From assembly GCA_050613775.1 (NCBI GenBank), contig JBODTK010000122.1, positions 1-64,000 on the forward strand: 64,000 nt of DNA, given 5' to 3'. The notes below the pieces were generated by a model. The model was given only the letters and a program-made list of their open reading frames with translations, ran no database searches and was not told where the DNA came from. This DNA comes from Neocallimastix sp. 'constans' (Eukaryota). The position numbers and the translations under genes are program-made. Positions within the stretch are counted from its first letter, which is position 1. Every line of letters starts with the position of its first letter. This document shows positions 26,435-40,750 of this stretch, in pieces.

Positions 26435-28239
26435 GAATTATTTTGATTTTTAATTTTTTTATAAATTTTTTATTAATAAAAAAAAAGATATTTTTTTAAA
26501 AAAAATTGCTTTAATGTTTAATTAATACATATTTTATAAGGTACTATAAAAGTAATGGAATAAAATAGTAATAATTAAACAAAAAAAAAAAAAAAGGGAT
26601 TCTATAAACCTCTAAGGTGACATTTACCTAATGAAAAATGATGATTTTGAAAGATAATACAAAAAAAAATTATCTATTCAATTCCAATTCATTAATTCAA
26701 AACAAAAACAAAAAAAAAAAAAAAAATAGAAATTATTTATTTTAATTCTCATTCCTTTCTCATATTCAAAAAAAAAAAAAAAAAAAAAAAAGTTTATTAA
26801 TCAAATTTTTATTATTTAATTTAGAATAGCTTTTCTAATTATTATTTTTTTCGACTATATATTATAAAAGTTTTAGGTTAATTAGGGATTATTTAGTTTG
26901 TCCTATCTTCATATTATTTATATCCTATTAATCTATTAAAAATTATATATATCTATCTTATTTTTTATTATCATTATTATTACTTTTTTTTTTATTAAAA
27001 TATCAAAAAAAATAATTTATTATTTTTTAATAATAAAACTTTACATACGATGACTGATGACTTTTTTATATTTGAGGGACTTTTCTTTTTCACTTCTATT
27101 ATTAAATATTCAATTGTAATGACAAACATATTAGGGAAAATTCATTTTTTTAATATTTTATTTTTAAAATTTTATATATTTTAATTGCAATGGATTGTTG
27201 ACTTCATCTAAAATAGTTTAATTATAATTAAATGAATAATTAATATTTAATTAAATAAAAAATATAAGATTTATTTAAAGTAATATTTATTCATTCATTA
27301 AAATTTAATATTTTAATCTAATCCGTTTAAAAATCATACTATTAATTTTGTGTTAAAATAATCACATTTTATTTTATATTTTTATATTATTAATATTATT
27401 CTTTTATATTCTTATATTATTATCAATATTATATTCTTATATTAATATTTTATTCTTATATTTTTATGTTGTGTAACATTTATCTATGTGTATTAATTCA
27501 TAGAATTATCACATGATTAAATATGTAATTTTTACTATAAAAAAATAATTATTTTTATTATCTTAAAAAAAATGAGTTCTTTACATTAATAAAATTTATG
27601 TATTAAATAAATACAAAAATAAATAAAGTTTATTATAAAAAACACACATACTTTTCTCATTTTGCTTTAAATTTTTTTTTATTAATTATATTAAACTTTA
27701 ATTATTATTGAATAATCTCCAAATTGGAATTGAAAGTTACACTAATTTTTTTTTTTCAGTTTTAATCATCATTTTTAATTTTTAAATTTAACCAATAATA
27801 TTCGAGTCTTTTCTTTTTTTTTATTAAAAAATAAAAATAAAAATAAAAATAATTATTATTTATTATTTATATATTTAAAAATTTAAAAAAAAAAAAAAAG
27901 TTAAAAAGAAATGAGAGAAAAAGAATAATGGTATATTGTTGTTATTGTTGTTATTGTTGTTGTAAATAAAAAAAAAATAAAAAGAAGAAGAAAAAAATTT
28001 TTTATTTCTTTTCTTTTCTTTTATTTTTTATAATTGAAAATATTTATTGTGAGTATCTTTGGAATATTATCTTATAATTGGGAATCTTTTATTGTGTTTT
28101 TTATTTTTAATTAAAATTTTGTATTAATATTAAATTTACAAAAAAACAAAAAAAATTTTTTTTAAATATGATAATACAAATTATTAATAAATAATAAATA
28201 ATAAAAAAATAAATAATAAATAATAAATAAATAAATAAA

Positions 28240-28361
28240 TAAATAATAACTGAATAATAAATAAATAAATAATAACTGAATAATAAATAAATAAATAATA
28301 ACTGAATAATAAATAAATAAATAATAACTGAATAATAAATAAATAAATAATAACTGAATAA

Positions 28362-28440
<79 letters not shown>

Positions 28441-28441
28441 A
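28240..28441. repeat. 23-bp minisatellite with ACTG core (5 copies) followed by (TAAA)n
   Basis: AATAACTGAATAATAAATAAATA repeated. Confidence 0.85.
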
Positions 28442-29303
28442 TGGAATATAATTATTTTTTTTTTTTTTTTAAATTCTTCATCAAAATTTTATTGTCGCTC
28501 TACGAAATATAAAAAAAAATTATTTTTTTTAATTTTTTTTTTGTATTTAATTAAAAATAATTTATTTCATTCGATAGAAATTCTCAAGTTTTCAAATTTA
28601 GTACAAAATAATTAAAAAAGAAAAAAGAAAAAAATTTATTTATTTATTTAATATTTATTTATTTATTTTTCGTTCATAATTATTATGATTATGATTAACG
28701 ATTATAAATTTTTTTAAAATAAATAAATAAATAAATAATAAATGAATAAATATAAATAAATAAATAACTAATTTAAATAAATAAATATATAATAAATAAA
28801 TAAATAACTAATTTAAATAAATAAATAAATATAATAATAATAATAATAAATAAATAAATAAATATAATAATAATAAATAATTATTAAATAAATAAATAAT
28901 TTAAATAATTAAATATAAATAAATAAATAAATAAATAAATAAATATTAATTATATAATTTTTATTATACAATATTTTTATATCTAAATATTTAGATATTA
29001 CTATTTAAATTTAATTGATATATAAACATATATAAACATTTATAAATCTATTTATTATTTATATTAAAATCAAATCAAAGTTTAAATTTTATTTGTAAAA
29101 TATAATAAAAAGAAAAAGTTAAAAGTGGAAGCTTTAAAAAAAAAAAAACAAAAAACAAAAATACCAAATAAATATAATAAAAATAAAATTTAATTTAAAA
29201 ATAAATTATAAATAAAGATAATAATAATAATAAAAATAAATAGATATAATAATAAATATAAAATTAAAAAATAATTTAATAAAAATAAATATAAATATTT
29301 AAA

Positions 29304-30014
29304 ATGTTTAATAAATCTGAAAAAGATAGTAACTATTTTTGTTGCCTTTGTATATCCAAGGATAAATCAGTTAAAATCTGTACCGTTTTATTAATTGTAA
29401 GTCACTCAATATTTTACTTTATTATAGAGATTTATATTATGTATATAAGATACAAGTTCTCTAAGATATATAATATATAATATATATATATTTATTTAAA
29501 AAACAAAAATATAATAAAAAACAAAAAAATAATATTTGTTCCTTATTATTATTATTATTTTTTTCAAATAATTAAAATAAAAATATATTAAAATGTTATT
29601 TTTATAAAAATTTATTTTTAATATAATTGATGTTGTAAAAATGGATACTTTACATATATTTAATAAATAAACAAAAACCAACGAAAAAAAAAAAAAAAAG
29701 TTATGGTATATTTGTTTAACAATATATTCGGCAATCTTTTATGGTTTCTATTTAAAATTTTTATATGTAATAATATATATTATTACAATAATAATTCTTT
29801 GTTTTTTACTTATAGGAATAAAAAAGGTCAGTATATATTTATATATAATATATATATATATATATATAATTTTTTTTTTAATTAATACATCTCTAATAAG
29901 TAATAATAAAAAATAAAAACAAACGAAAAAATATTCGGCAATATAAAAAATTTTATTAACATAAATTAATTTATCAATTGTTTACAACTACTTCTATTGT
30001 ATATATATATATAT

Positions 30015-30053
<39 letters not shown>

Positions 30054-30348
30054 ATTTGAAATGAATAAAAAATAAAATTAGAGAAATGAAAAATATATAA
30101 ATATATTTAAAAAAACATTTAGTTTTTTATATGGTTTCAGCATTGGTATCATTTTTTACGATTTAAGTAATAGATTCTTATCTATTTTTACTGCTGGAAA
30201 TACCGATGAAATAAATAATTTTAGAACACAACATAGTAATTATACCTTTATCAAAAATTATACAGATAACGAAATTACAAAAACTATACGGTATTTATCT
30301 TTAGCTGCCATCGCTTTTTACGCCCTATACTTATTTATTTTGGTAAGA

Positions 30349-30395
<47 letters not shown>

Positions 30396-30781
30396 AAATA
30401 AAATAAAATAAATATAATAAATATTAAATTTCTAATTTCTAATTTCTAATTTCTAATTTCTAATTTCTAATTTCTAATTTCTAATTTCTAATTTCTAATT
30501 TCTAATTTCTAATTTCTAATTTCTAATTTTTAATTTTTATTTTTTATTTATATTTTTATTTTATTTTATTTTATTTTTATATTTTTATTTTTAAATTTCA
30601 TTTAATATAAATATATATAAAATATTATTATTATTATTATTATTATTTTAAAATAACAATAATCATAATAAAATAGAGTGACTATTTCTTTGTCACTTAT
30701 AATTACGCAAAGAAACTTATTGATTCTATTAATGGAGAAAGAGATTTTAGACTTCTTGAAGAAGATGCTGCTTGGGAATAA
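29304..30781 (+). CDS. Small multi-exon membrane protein of unknown function (not in ORF track); middle exons unresolved
   Basis: Exon 29304-29396 MFNKSEKDSNYFCCLCISKDKSVKICTVLLI|GTAAGT; open segment ~30082-30342 ...FLYGFSIGIIFY...LSLAAIAFYALYLFIL|GTAAG; terminal exon AG|30677-30781 SDYFFVTYNYAKKL...EEDAAWE*; last junction is phase-consistent. Confidence 0.6.
30430..30530. repeat. (TTCTAAT)n heptamer microsatellite in an intron
   Basis: Directly visible. Confidence 0.85.
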
Positions 30782-31320
30782 TTAATATTAACAGACAGAA
30801 ATAAAAAGATATATAAAAAATAATAACGAAAGAGAGAAAAAAAAAAGATTTTCTTAATTTATTTATTACAAAAATTTTAAAAGTATTCAATTAACTTTAA
30901 ATTAAATTAAATCAAATCAAATCAAATCAATTCGCAGTAATTTATTTTATAGTATACTAAAAACTAAAAGCAAACAAATAAGAGAAAAAAAATATGTATA
31001 TATAAATAATTTCTTTTCCTTATTTATTTTGATTAAATAATAAAATATATATATATATATAATTATTTATATGACAAACCAAATTCCTTTAATAATAAAA
31101 CAAAGAAAAAAATAGAAATAAAAAATAAAAAAAAATAAAAAATAAAAATTAAAGATATTTAATAAAAAAAAATTTAAGATATTTAATAATAAAAAAAAAA
31201 AATTAAAAAATAAAAAATAAAATTAAAATGTAATAAAATTAATAATACAAATTAAAAACATTAAAAATTAAAAAATTAAATTAAAAAATATAAAAATTAA
31301 AAGATTAAAAAATAAAAAAA

Positions 31321-31352
<32 letters not shown>

Positions 31353-31792
31353 AAATAAAATAAAATATAAAAATTAAAAAATAAAAAAATAAAATAAAAT
31401 AAAATAAAATATAAAAATTAAAAAATTAAAAAATAAAAAAAAAATAAAAAAAAAAAAAATAAGAAAATAAAAAAATAAAAAATAAAAAAATAAAAAATAA
31501 AAAAAAAATAAGAAAATAAAAAAATAAAAAAAATAAAATAATAAAATAATAAAATTAAAAAAAAAATAAAAAAATAAAAAAATAAAATAAAAAATAAAAA
31601 ATAAAAAATAAAAAATAAAAAATAAAAAATAAAAAATAAAAAATAAAAAAAAATAAAAATAATAGGTTTTAATTTAAATTTATTATATTATTATTTTATA
31701 ATAAATGTTTTAATCAATAAATATGTCTAAATATATTTTGTCCTTTTTTTTTTTTTTTTTTGTACTCTATAGATTAATTAGTTACTTTCATT

Positions 31793-33646
31793 TTATAATT
31801 TAAAAGTAGAATAAAAATTATTTTTAATTCGCATATATAATTTATTAAAGGAGTCTAAAATGTCATTTTCACATTCATTAAATTTTTCAATTGTAAGATC
31901 CATCATTCCTGAAGTCTTTTCAATTTTATTATCTAAATTATTTTTATATCCAATAAAATAGGAAAATACTGTAATATTAGTAGTGTAGATACCCGAAGTA
32001 AAAGAAGAAAATATTTTTCGACATATAAAGAATAAACCTGTCATATAGATTATTTTAGTTTCATTGCTGAAGTCCATAACTTTTACAATTAAATATGAAG
32101 GAAGCATTGATGCAAAAATAATAATATACTGTGAAACAATTAATACACAACGAATAATACCATTGTTTATAAAAAGATCAAATCTATTGTTTTCCATAAT
32201 GTTGTAGGTTAATTTTGAAGATTTTAGAAAGGTTTTCCAATAAATTCCGATGATTGAAAACGTATAATCGTTAAAGAGTACAACGATAAAGTTAAAAAAT
32301 TGTAGAAAAATATTAAAAGCTATTGAAGGTATGTATAACAGAGCTAATAGTACTAAACTCCAAAGAGCTATAGGTAATAAACCTACTAATAATATAATAT
32401 ATAAAACCCAGTATTCCTCATATAACCAATTTAAAAAATTTTCTACTTTATTATCTTTATCAATATTGAATATAGAGAAAATTTTGTCAACTGCCATTTT
32501 CCAATTTTCTAAAAACTCTTCTAAGGTAAAATCTGAGAATATGATCGCAGGGATATATATAAAAGATATCCCTACCAGAGCATACGCTGAAAAAGAATGT
32601 TTCAATAATATCACATCATATGGAAGAATGAATATGATTGGTATCGTCACATATGAAATAATATTTAAGGTATTTTCCATTCTTCTTACAAAAGTATTTA
32701 GTAAACTACCGAAACATATAGAACCAAATCTAAAAAAAATACAATTTTTGAATGATGAACTAATAGGATGACTAGAATTATCGCCTTTCAAAAAAAATGT
32801 TGTTGTACCCGCAATGGTAACATGAATAATGTTTTTAACGATTTCGTTGAAATAATAATAAGAAAATAGAAGGAATGACATGATTAGAATTTCATAAATA
32901 TCAATACTATTAACAATGATGACCTCCTTGTTTTCATATTTTGTAATATAACCGTATGCAGAAATGACAATGATGGTATTTATAATAATTCCAGTGAGTG
33001 TTGTGATTGAATTTAGAAAAATTATTAAGGGATGATTTTTAATTGATAATAAAGAATTCTTCAAGATTTCTTCAGTAAATGATATTCTTTTTCTGGAAAT
33101 TAAGAAACTTGATACAAATAAAAGAGTATCTACGAAACATAATCCAATGATAACTAATAAATAATGTTTTGATTCCTTACTTAAAATCACAATGACAAAA
33201 ATAGATATTATATATATTGATACAAATGAAAAATATATAATAAATTTTATGTATCTAAAAAATAAAATATGATATAAAATATTTATTATTATATTATTAT
33301 TTATTATCATAAAAATTTATTTAATATTATAAAAAAAAAAAAAAAAAAATAATGTAAAAAATATATATTTAATTTTTTTAATATATTTGTATTGTTATTA
33401 ATTTTAATTTTAATTTATTTATATCTTTATTTAATTTATTTTAGTTTAATTTGGTTTGGTTTATTTTATTATATTCAATATGTATTTTACATTCATATTT
33501 CAATTATTTATTTATTTATTTATTTTTTATTCAATCTATATTTCATATATTTATTCAACTGTTTATTTTATTTTAATACTTTTTTTCTTTATTGTACTTC
33601 ACCATTTAAATTAAATTAAATTAAATTATTATTATTATTTTTATTA

Positions 33647-33691
<45 letters not shown>

Positions 33692-34901
33692 TTAATTCAT
33701 TCATTCATTCATTCATTTATTAATTTATTTATTTTTTTTTTTTTTTTTTGAATATCATTATATATGATAATATTTTTATAAAATGTTTTATATTACCTTA
33801 ATGCTATGATATAATATATATATGATAAGATAAAAGTTATTATTACTACTAAAAAATATCCAACAATAATTTTGCTATCATCTGTTATTAAAAATGAATT
33901 TATAAAAGCTTTGAGTTCATTTTCTTCATCGATTTCATCATCATCATCATCAGTACCTTTACTATTATCATTTGAAATTTTCAAATCTTTTTTTTCCTTA
34001 ATTTTTGAATTCAATGTATTATATTCGTATTCTGGTTTTTTTGATATTTCATTATCAATATTGTCATTATATATTAACGTAATATTGTTGATATTATTTT
34101 TAATATTCATTAACATTTTATCCTGATCATTATTTTCATATTTTGTATTTCTCAATTCTTTCATATATTTACCATCATTGTAATATAATGCATTACTATT
34201 ATTTTCAATATCCGTTAACATTTCATCTTTATCCATAGTGGTCGTATAATTAAGTTCATTTTTATTTTGTATATCTATGAAATGGTTTGTTGTATTGGAG
34301 GGTACCAATATATTAACTGTTGAATTTAAATCGTTAGCAATAAAAGTCCTACTTGAATCTTCCATATTGACATGATTACCGTTATATGAATTTTTTTTAT
34401 ATTTTTCAAAATTTGATATTAAAGTTGAATTTTTACTTGGCATACCATAAATACTTAAATATTTTATTCCAGAAGAGAATAAAAAAATTATTCCAAGAAA
34501 AATAACAATAAATAAAGTTAAACTTACTTTTTCACAGGCATCATATGAATCATGGTTTGAATTTTCAGTAACACTACTTTTATTATAATCATCTAAAATT
34601 TTACTTTTCTTTCTCAATATTGATTTTTTAATCTTGTTTTTACTAAAGAATAATATTATTATAAAAATAATTAATAATACAATAAGTATTTTTATAAGTA
34701 TATTAACAGGATCGTAAAAATAGTCACAGGTGGTATCAACAGTACTACAATGATAACATTTCTTTAATGATATAAAAAAATTTGCTTTCGAAGTGTAAGA
34801 AAGTTGTGTATATGAATTTGAATATACACATAACGCTTTTTTTTTTTTTTTATTTAATATATATATATATATATATATTTTTTTTAATTTTTTATAAAAT
34901 A

Positions 34902-34937
<36 letters not shown>

Positions 34938-35035
34938 TTAAACAAAAATTAATACATTTGGAAAATAATAAGTTAAGCAAATAAATTATTAAAAATTTCA
35001 ATTATTTATTTAAAATTTATATTAAAAAAAGAAAA

Positions 35036-35066
<31 letters not shown>

Positions 35067-35676
35067 TATAATGGATATTACCCTCATTTTTGGTTATCAC
35101 AGATACTATAGAATACTTATCAAATTTTAATAATAAAGATCCTTTACCTTTAGTTGTGTATGGAAAAGAACTTGGATTAATATTATTAATATAAATATAA
35201 TAATTATTAGTGTAATCATATGTTTCATATCCTTTTCTATTTATATGATCACAAAATAAAAAATTGTATATATTTGGTTGGGTTTTAATTTTAACAAATT
35301 CATATTCAGGGTCTGAACAATATTTATGATAAAAATATTTATTTATTGATATTATAATTTCAAACATTGATGAAAAGATTAAACCTGTATCGTCAAGTTC
35401 ATTTATTTTATCATCTTGTTTTGATATTAAGGAATTATTAATCATTTTACAGGATTCATTACATTTTATAATTTCATCATTTGTATTAATGTAATAACCT
35501 CTATTTGGTATGACTTTTTGACATTCATCATCGGTATTATCACAATAAATTAATTTATTATTATCATAAGAATCAATAAAGTATCCAGTAATATTTGATC
35601 GTTTTTGATTTAAAATAGATTTTGTATGGATTAAAGTAATAAATTTATTTGTAAGTATTATAAACAATATAATGAA

Positions 35677-35719
<43 letters not shown>

Positions 35720-35812
35720 AAAAAAAAAAGTAAATAAGTAAAAAAAATAAAATATTATATAATATATAAATTAGTTTAATGTTTAGATAATAAATATATG
35801 GATTAATAGTGC

Positions 35813-35853
<41 letters not shown>

Positions 35854-35923
35854 CATTATTTAAAAACTTTTTATTTAATATTTTTTCTATATTAAATTAC
35901 CTCAAAGATGTATGATAAAGCAT
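31793..35923 (-). CDS. 4-exon gene, ~1039 aa: signal peptide, Cys-rich scaffoldin-like module, TM segments and choline-transporter-like (CTL/Pns1) domain
   Basis: Exons 35923-35901, 35677-35082, 34835-33797, 33254-31793, all GT-AG and in phase (3120 nt). CTL motifs IVKNIIHVTIAG, FGSICFGSLL, FNDYTFSIIGIYWKTFLKSSK. Confidence 0.8.
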
Positions 35924-36116
35924 ATTTGAAAAAATATATTAATATATATATATATATATTTTATGTGATTTTTTATTTTATTTTATTTTTTTATTCCTTT
36001 TTTAAAGGATATACTTTTTTTTAATTTATATTATTATTTTAATTTTTTTTTTTTTTTTTGTTTCAATATATATACACCTTTATTTTAAATTTTGAAACAA
36101 AAATTTTTCAATAAAC

Positions 36117-36149
<33 letters not shown>

Positions 36150-36568
36150 CTTAAAAAATTTCTAAAATTTTTAAGAATAAAAAAAAAAAAAAAGTAATGG
36201 TAAATATAATAATATATTTATTTTTATTTATTTTTATTTATCTTAAAAAAAAAATCATTATTATGATTTATTCCCTAAACTTTAATAAAATTAACGTTAA
36301 TAATAAAATAAATATAATATTTTATTTTTAAATATAAAAAAAAGTCTCTAATTTTAAGTCTAATTTTAATACTTAAAAAAAGTTATATGGAATAATATAA
36401 AATCTTTAATTATTTATAATTTTTTTTTTTTTTTTTATTAATTATGATTTTATCATTGAATTTATTTATATATGTGAATATTAAAGTTTATGATACTCTT
36501 AATTTTATAGGCTAATTAAAATGCTTTTTTTTTTAAAAAAAAAAACATGCAATAATAAATAATTTTTT

Positions 36569-36600
<32 letters not shown>

Positions 36601-36947
36601 ATTGTGGTTGACCCAAAAAAAAATTTTTTTCCTCCTCCCATTCTCTAATAATTAAAATTATTATAGAAATAGAATAGAAATAGAATTTAATTTAATTAAT
36701 CCATGTTTACATATACAGGATTTATTATAATTGATTTATGATTAGGTTATAACTTAATTACATTCGTTATATAGAATTAAGCAAAAAAAAAAAAAAAATT
36801 TAGGTGTAAATGAATTTAAATATATTATAAAAAAAAAAAAATGTAAAGTAAAAAAACGATACTTTATTTTTTATTACAATTTTTTTTTCCTTTTTTTTTT
36901 TTGAAAAAAAAAGTTTTTATTTTATATAAAATAGTTTTAATATATAT

Positions 36948-37016
<69 letters not shown>

Positions 37017-37582
37017 TTAATAATATTACTATTACTAGTACTTTTACAATTATTATTGTTATTATTATTATTATTTTTTTTTTTTAAAAAATTTTTTTTT
37101 CAATATTTATATTTATTAAACTAAATAAAAAGGTATAATTATTTTATTTTTAAATATACTGTTATAAATTTTAATTATTTATTTTTATACAATGATACAT
37201 TTAATTTATATAAAATAATAGTTATGATAAATAAGCAATAATAGATTATGCTATTAATTAACTCTATTGAAAATATAATAATAATAATAATCGTAATAAT
37301 AATAGTAATAAATAATTATGATAAAAGATAAATGAAATAAATTGTCTATATAATATAATATTAATATTAATAATAATAATAAAAAGAATAATTTAAAATA
37401 TAAAAAATAATTAATGCTAATAAAAAAAAAAAAAAAATGGAAATAGAAATAAAAATAAAAATAAAATAAAATAAATAAAATAATAAAAAAGAATATGAAG
37501 AATAAAAAAAAAAAAAAAGAAGAAAAGTTAAAAGAAAGGTATTAATTTTTTTTTTTTTTTCTATTATTATTAGTTTAAATAT

Positions 37583-40500
37583 TTAGGTTTCACGTTGTTT
37601 CGCTCCATGATCAATTAATTGTTTTAATATTTTTTTATTTAGATTATCAAAGGCATAATCAATAGGTAATTTGTTTTTGGCATCACTTTGATTAACATCA
37701 GCACCACAAGTTGTTAAATATTTTACGATTGCTACATTTTCATACATGATTGCGTAAATGAGGGGTGTTCGCTTTTGTTTACCACCATTTCCATTAATAT
37801 CAGCCCCATGTTCTAATAGGAGTTGAATGACATCCATTTTATATTTTTCAATGCTCTTAAGATCAACTATTTTTACTGCACAAATTAATGGGGTCATTCC
37901 ATTTTTATTCTTCTTATTAGTATCAACACCATGTAATACTAAATGATTTATGAGCTCTAAATTTTTTTGTTTGATGGCATAATTTAAATAAGTTTCTCCT
38001 GCTTCATTGGTCACATTAATATTTATTCCTTGCTCAATGAGGTATTTCAGTATAGAATTATTTTGAGTATTGGTAAATTTAAATAAGAATTCATTAAAAT
38101 TCTTATTCACTACTTTAACATCGGCTCCATTTTCAACTAAACATTGAATTAAATTTAAATCATTTCTTTCTAAGGCATAAATTAATGGAGTTTTACCATT
38201 ACTAAAATTTTCATTAACCCTTAGCCCCCCTTTAATAATATACTTTATTATGATCTCTTTATATTGATTTTTAGTAATGGCAATTTCAAATGGCGACTTA
38301 TTATATTTATTTCTTTGGTTAACATCAACACCATGACCAATTAAACATTGAACAATATCTTCTTTATCATATTTAATGGCATAAATTAATGGCGTTTTTC
38401 CTTGCCTATCTTCATGATGAATATCCAGGCCTATTCCAATTAGATAATCAATAATACCTATATCACCCCCTTGAATAATAGCATCAATTAAAGACGTTTT
38501 CCCTTCCTTATCAATTTTATTTATATCTAATCCTTGATTTATTAAATATTGGAGAAGATTTAAATCCTTTTTCTTAATAGCCGCTTGTAATATTGAATTA
38601 TTCCCATGATTATCATCATATTTGAATTCTGCTCCATTTTCAATAAAGTGTTTTACAATATTGATTCTTCTATTTTTGTTTCTGACGTTATTGATGGTGT
38701 AGATAATATAATGATTATTTTTTAATTTATTATCATTTTTATGTATCTTTTCATTAATATTAGCACCTTGATCTATTAAGTATTTGACGGCATATTCATT
38801 CTCATAATCAATAGCATATTCCAAATATGATTTAGATTTATCCTTTTCATCGTTTTGATTTATATTAAAATTATTTTTATGGAATATATCTATTATTACC
38901 GGTTCGTTTAACCTCAATAAACCTTTGAAAATTGACATATCAATAGCTATATTATTTACACTGGCACCTTGTTCAACTAAATATTTCATGATTTCTCTAT
39001 TATTTCCTTCAATAGCAAAAATTAGTGGTGATTTTTCATCATCACTATTAGTATCTTGTTTATTGAGAAGGGCTCCATTTTCCACTAAATCTCTAACCAT
39101 ATTTAGATTACCATTCTTAATTGCACAAATTAATGGTATTTCCCCATTTTTACCTTTCCTATTTATATCAATTCCGTTATGAATTAAATACTTTACCATA
39201 TTTTCATTATTCTTCTTAATGGAAAATAGTAAACATTTAATACCATCTTCTTGAGTTAACGCTGCGTTATGTTCTTTTAAATAATTTATCATTGAAAGAT
39301 TATCTTCTTCAATGGCGTACATTAATGCGGTTTTATTTTCTTTATTTCTTAGATTTATATCGGCTCCATGACAAAGTAAATATTTGACAATTTCTTCATT
39401 TTTATTAATAAGAGATTGAGTTAATGGTGTTTCTCTATGATAATTCATTTGATTGACATCAGCACCATGATCGATTAAATATTTTGCCATATCATTATTA
39501 TTTTTTGTGATGGCTAAAAGTAATGGAGTATCTCCATTTCTATCTTTTTGATTGACATTGGCATCATGATCTATTAAACATTCAAATATTTCCAGATTGT
39601 TTTTTTCAATAGCTAAATTTAAGGGTGTTACTTCATAATTACTATTATTAATATCTGCGCCTCCTTGAATTAAACATTTGGCATATTCAACTTTATCATG
39701 ATCGATAGCATTAATTAAAAAGTAGTATTTAAAAATAGAATCCTCTAAGGAGGCTCCCTTTTCAATTAAAATCTTAATTAATAATACATTTTCATTCTCT
39801 AAGGCATAATCTAACATCGATCTATCATAGCGGTCTCTTTGATTTACATCAAATTTATTATTTTTAATAATATTTAATATTTCAGGTAGAGACTTTCCCA
39901 TTTTTACTAAGTATTGAAAAATATTCATATCAATATCAACTTTAATATGATCGAGAATGGTTCCATACGTAAGAAAATACTTAATTAAATCTGTATTATC
40001 TACTTTTCTTTCAATCAAATAGGTTAATGGTATTTTTGAGACGTTGTCCATTTTATTAATATTAGCACCTGCTTTAATTAAACTTTTTATAATATTTTGC
40101 TTCTTACTGATATGTTTTCTTTTAACAGCATAAAATAAAGGAGTATTTCCATACTGGTCTTCTACATTTACATTAGCTCCTTTATCAACTAGAATATTAA
40201 TAATAATATCATTACTATATTTTGCTGCATGAATTAGCGGTACCTCTCCATCTATATTTTCTTTATTTAAATCGGCACCAATTTCAATTAAATAATCCAC
40301 TAAAACACTGACTTTACTTTTTATGGCTCTCATCATTAAACTGTATTTAAAATCAGATTTTTCTCTCAAATAAATTTCAGTGAATTGTTGAGTTCGTTGA
40401 GATTGGGTTGAATCCTTTTTTTTACTAATTTCAACAAGTTTAAATATAAAATTATTATTATAAAGGTAATAATTTATTAATTCTATAAAATAATTATATG

Positions 40501-40750
40501 TAATAAAAGGCCATTTTTTATCATTAATAATTAATAAGCTAAATATTTCATTTAAAACAACTTCCTTTTCTCTTTTATCATTATCCCACAAAATCTTTAT
40601 TGCTTTAAAATTTCTGTTGCTAAATGCAATTTCATATATTGATTTATCAATGATTATGTTATTTTCTTTAATGAAATTCTTTAATTCTGTTAAATTTCCA
40701 TTTTGAATTTTGTAAATTAGTTCATTATGTTTATAATTTAATTCATCCAT
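37583..40750 (-). CDS. Ankyrin-repeat protein, 1055 aa, single ORF
   Basis: More than 15 G-x-TPL-xx-A ... L-xx-GADVN repeats; A-rich start context. Confidence 0.93.
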   Translation of the reverse strand: MDELNYKHNELIYKIQNGNLTELKNFIKENNIIIDKSIYEIAFSNRNFKAIKILWDNDKREKEVVLNEIFSLLIINDKKWPFITYNYFIELINYYLYNNNFIFKLVEISKKKDSTQSQRTQQFTEIYLREKSDFKYSLMMRAIKSKVSVLVDYLIEIGADLNKENIDGEVPLIHAAKYSNDIIINILVDKGANVNVEDQYGNTPLFYAVKRKHISKKQNIIKSLIKAGANINKMDNVSKIPLTYLIERKVDNTDLIKYFLTYGTILDHIKVDIDMNIFQYLVKMGKSLPEILNIIKNNKFDVNQRDRYDRSMLDYALENENVLLIKILIEKGASLEDSIFKYYFLINAIDHDKVEYAKCLIQGGADINNSNYEVTPLNLAIEKNNLEIFECLIDHDANVNQKDRNGDTPLLLAITKNNNDMAKYLIDHGADVNQMNYHRETPLTQSLINKNEEIVKYLLCHGADINLRNKENKTALMYAIEEDNLSMINYLKEHNAALTQEDGIKCLLFSIKKNNENMVKYLIHNGIDINRKGKNGEIPLICAIKNGNLNMVRDLVENGALLNKQDTNSDDEKSPLIFAIEGNNREIMKYLVEQGASVNNIAIDMSIFKGLLRLNEPVIIDIFHKNNFNINQNDEKDKSKSYLEYAIDYENEYAVKYLIDQGANINEKIHKNDNKLKNNHYIIYTINNVRNKNRRINIVKHFIENGAEFKYDDNHGNNSILQAAIKKKDLNLLQYLINQGLDINKIDKEGKTSLIDAIIQGGDIGIIDYLIGIGLDIHHEDRQGKTPLIYAIKYDKEDIVQCLIGHGVDVNQRNKYNKSPFEIAITKNQYKEIIIKYIIKGGLRVNENFSNGKTPLIYALERNDLNLIQCLVENGADVKVVNKNFNEFLFKFTNTQNNSILKYLIEQGININVTNEAGETYLNYAIKQKNLELINHLVLHGVDTNKKNKNGMTPLICAVKIVDLKSIEKYKMDVIQLLLEHGADINGNGGKQKRTPLIYAIMYENVAIVKYLTTCGADVNQSDAKNKLPIDYAFDNLNKKILKQLIDHGAKQRET

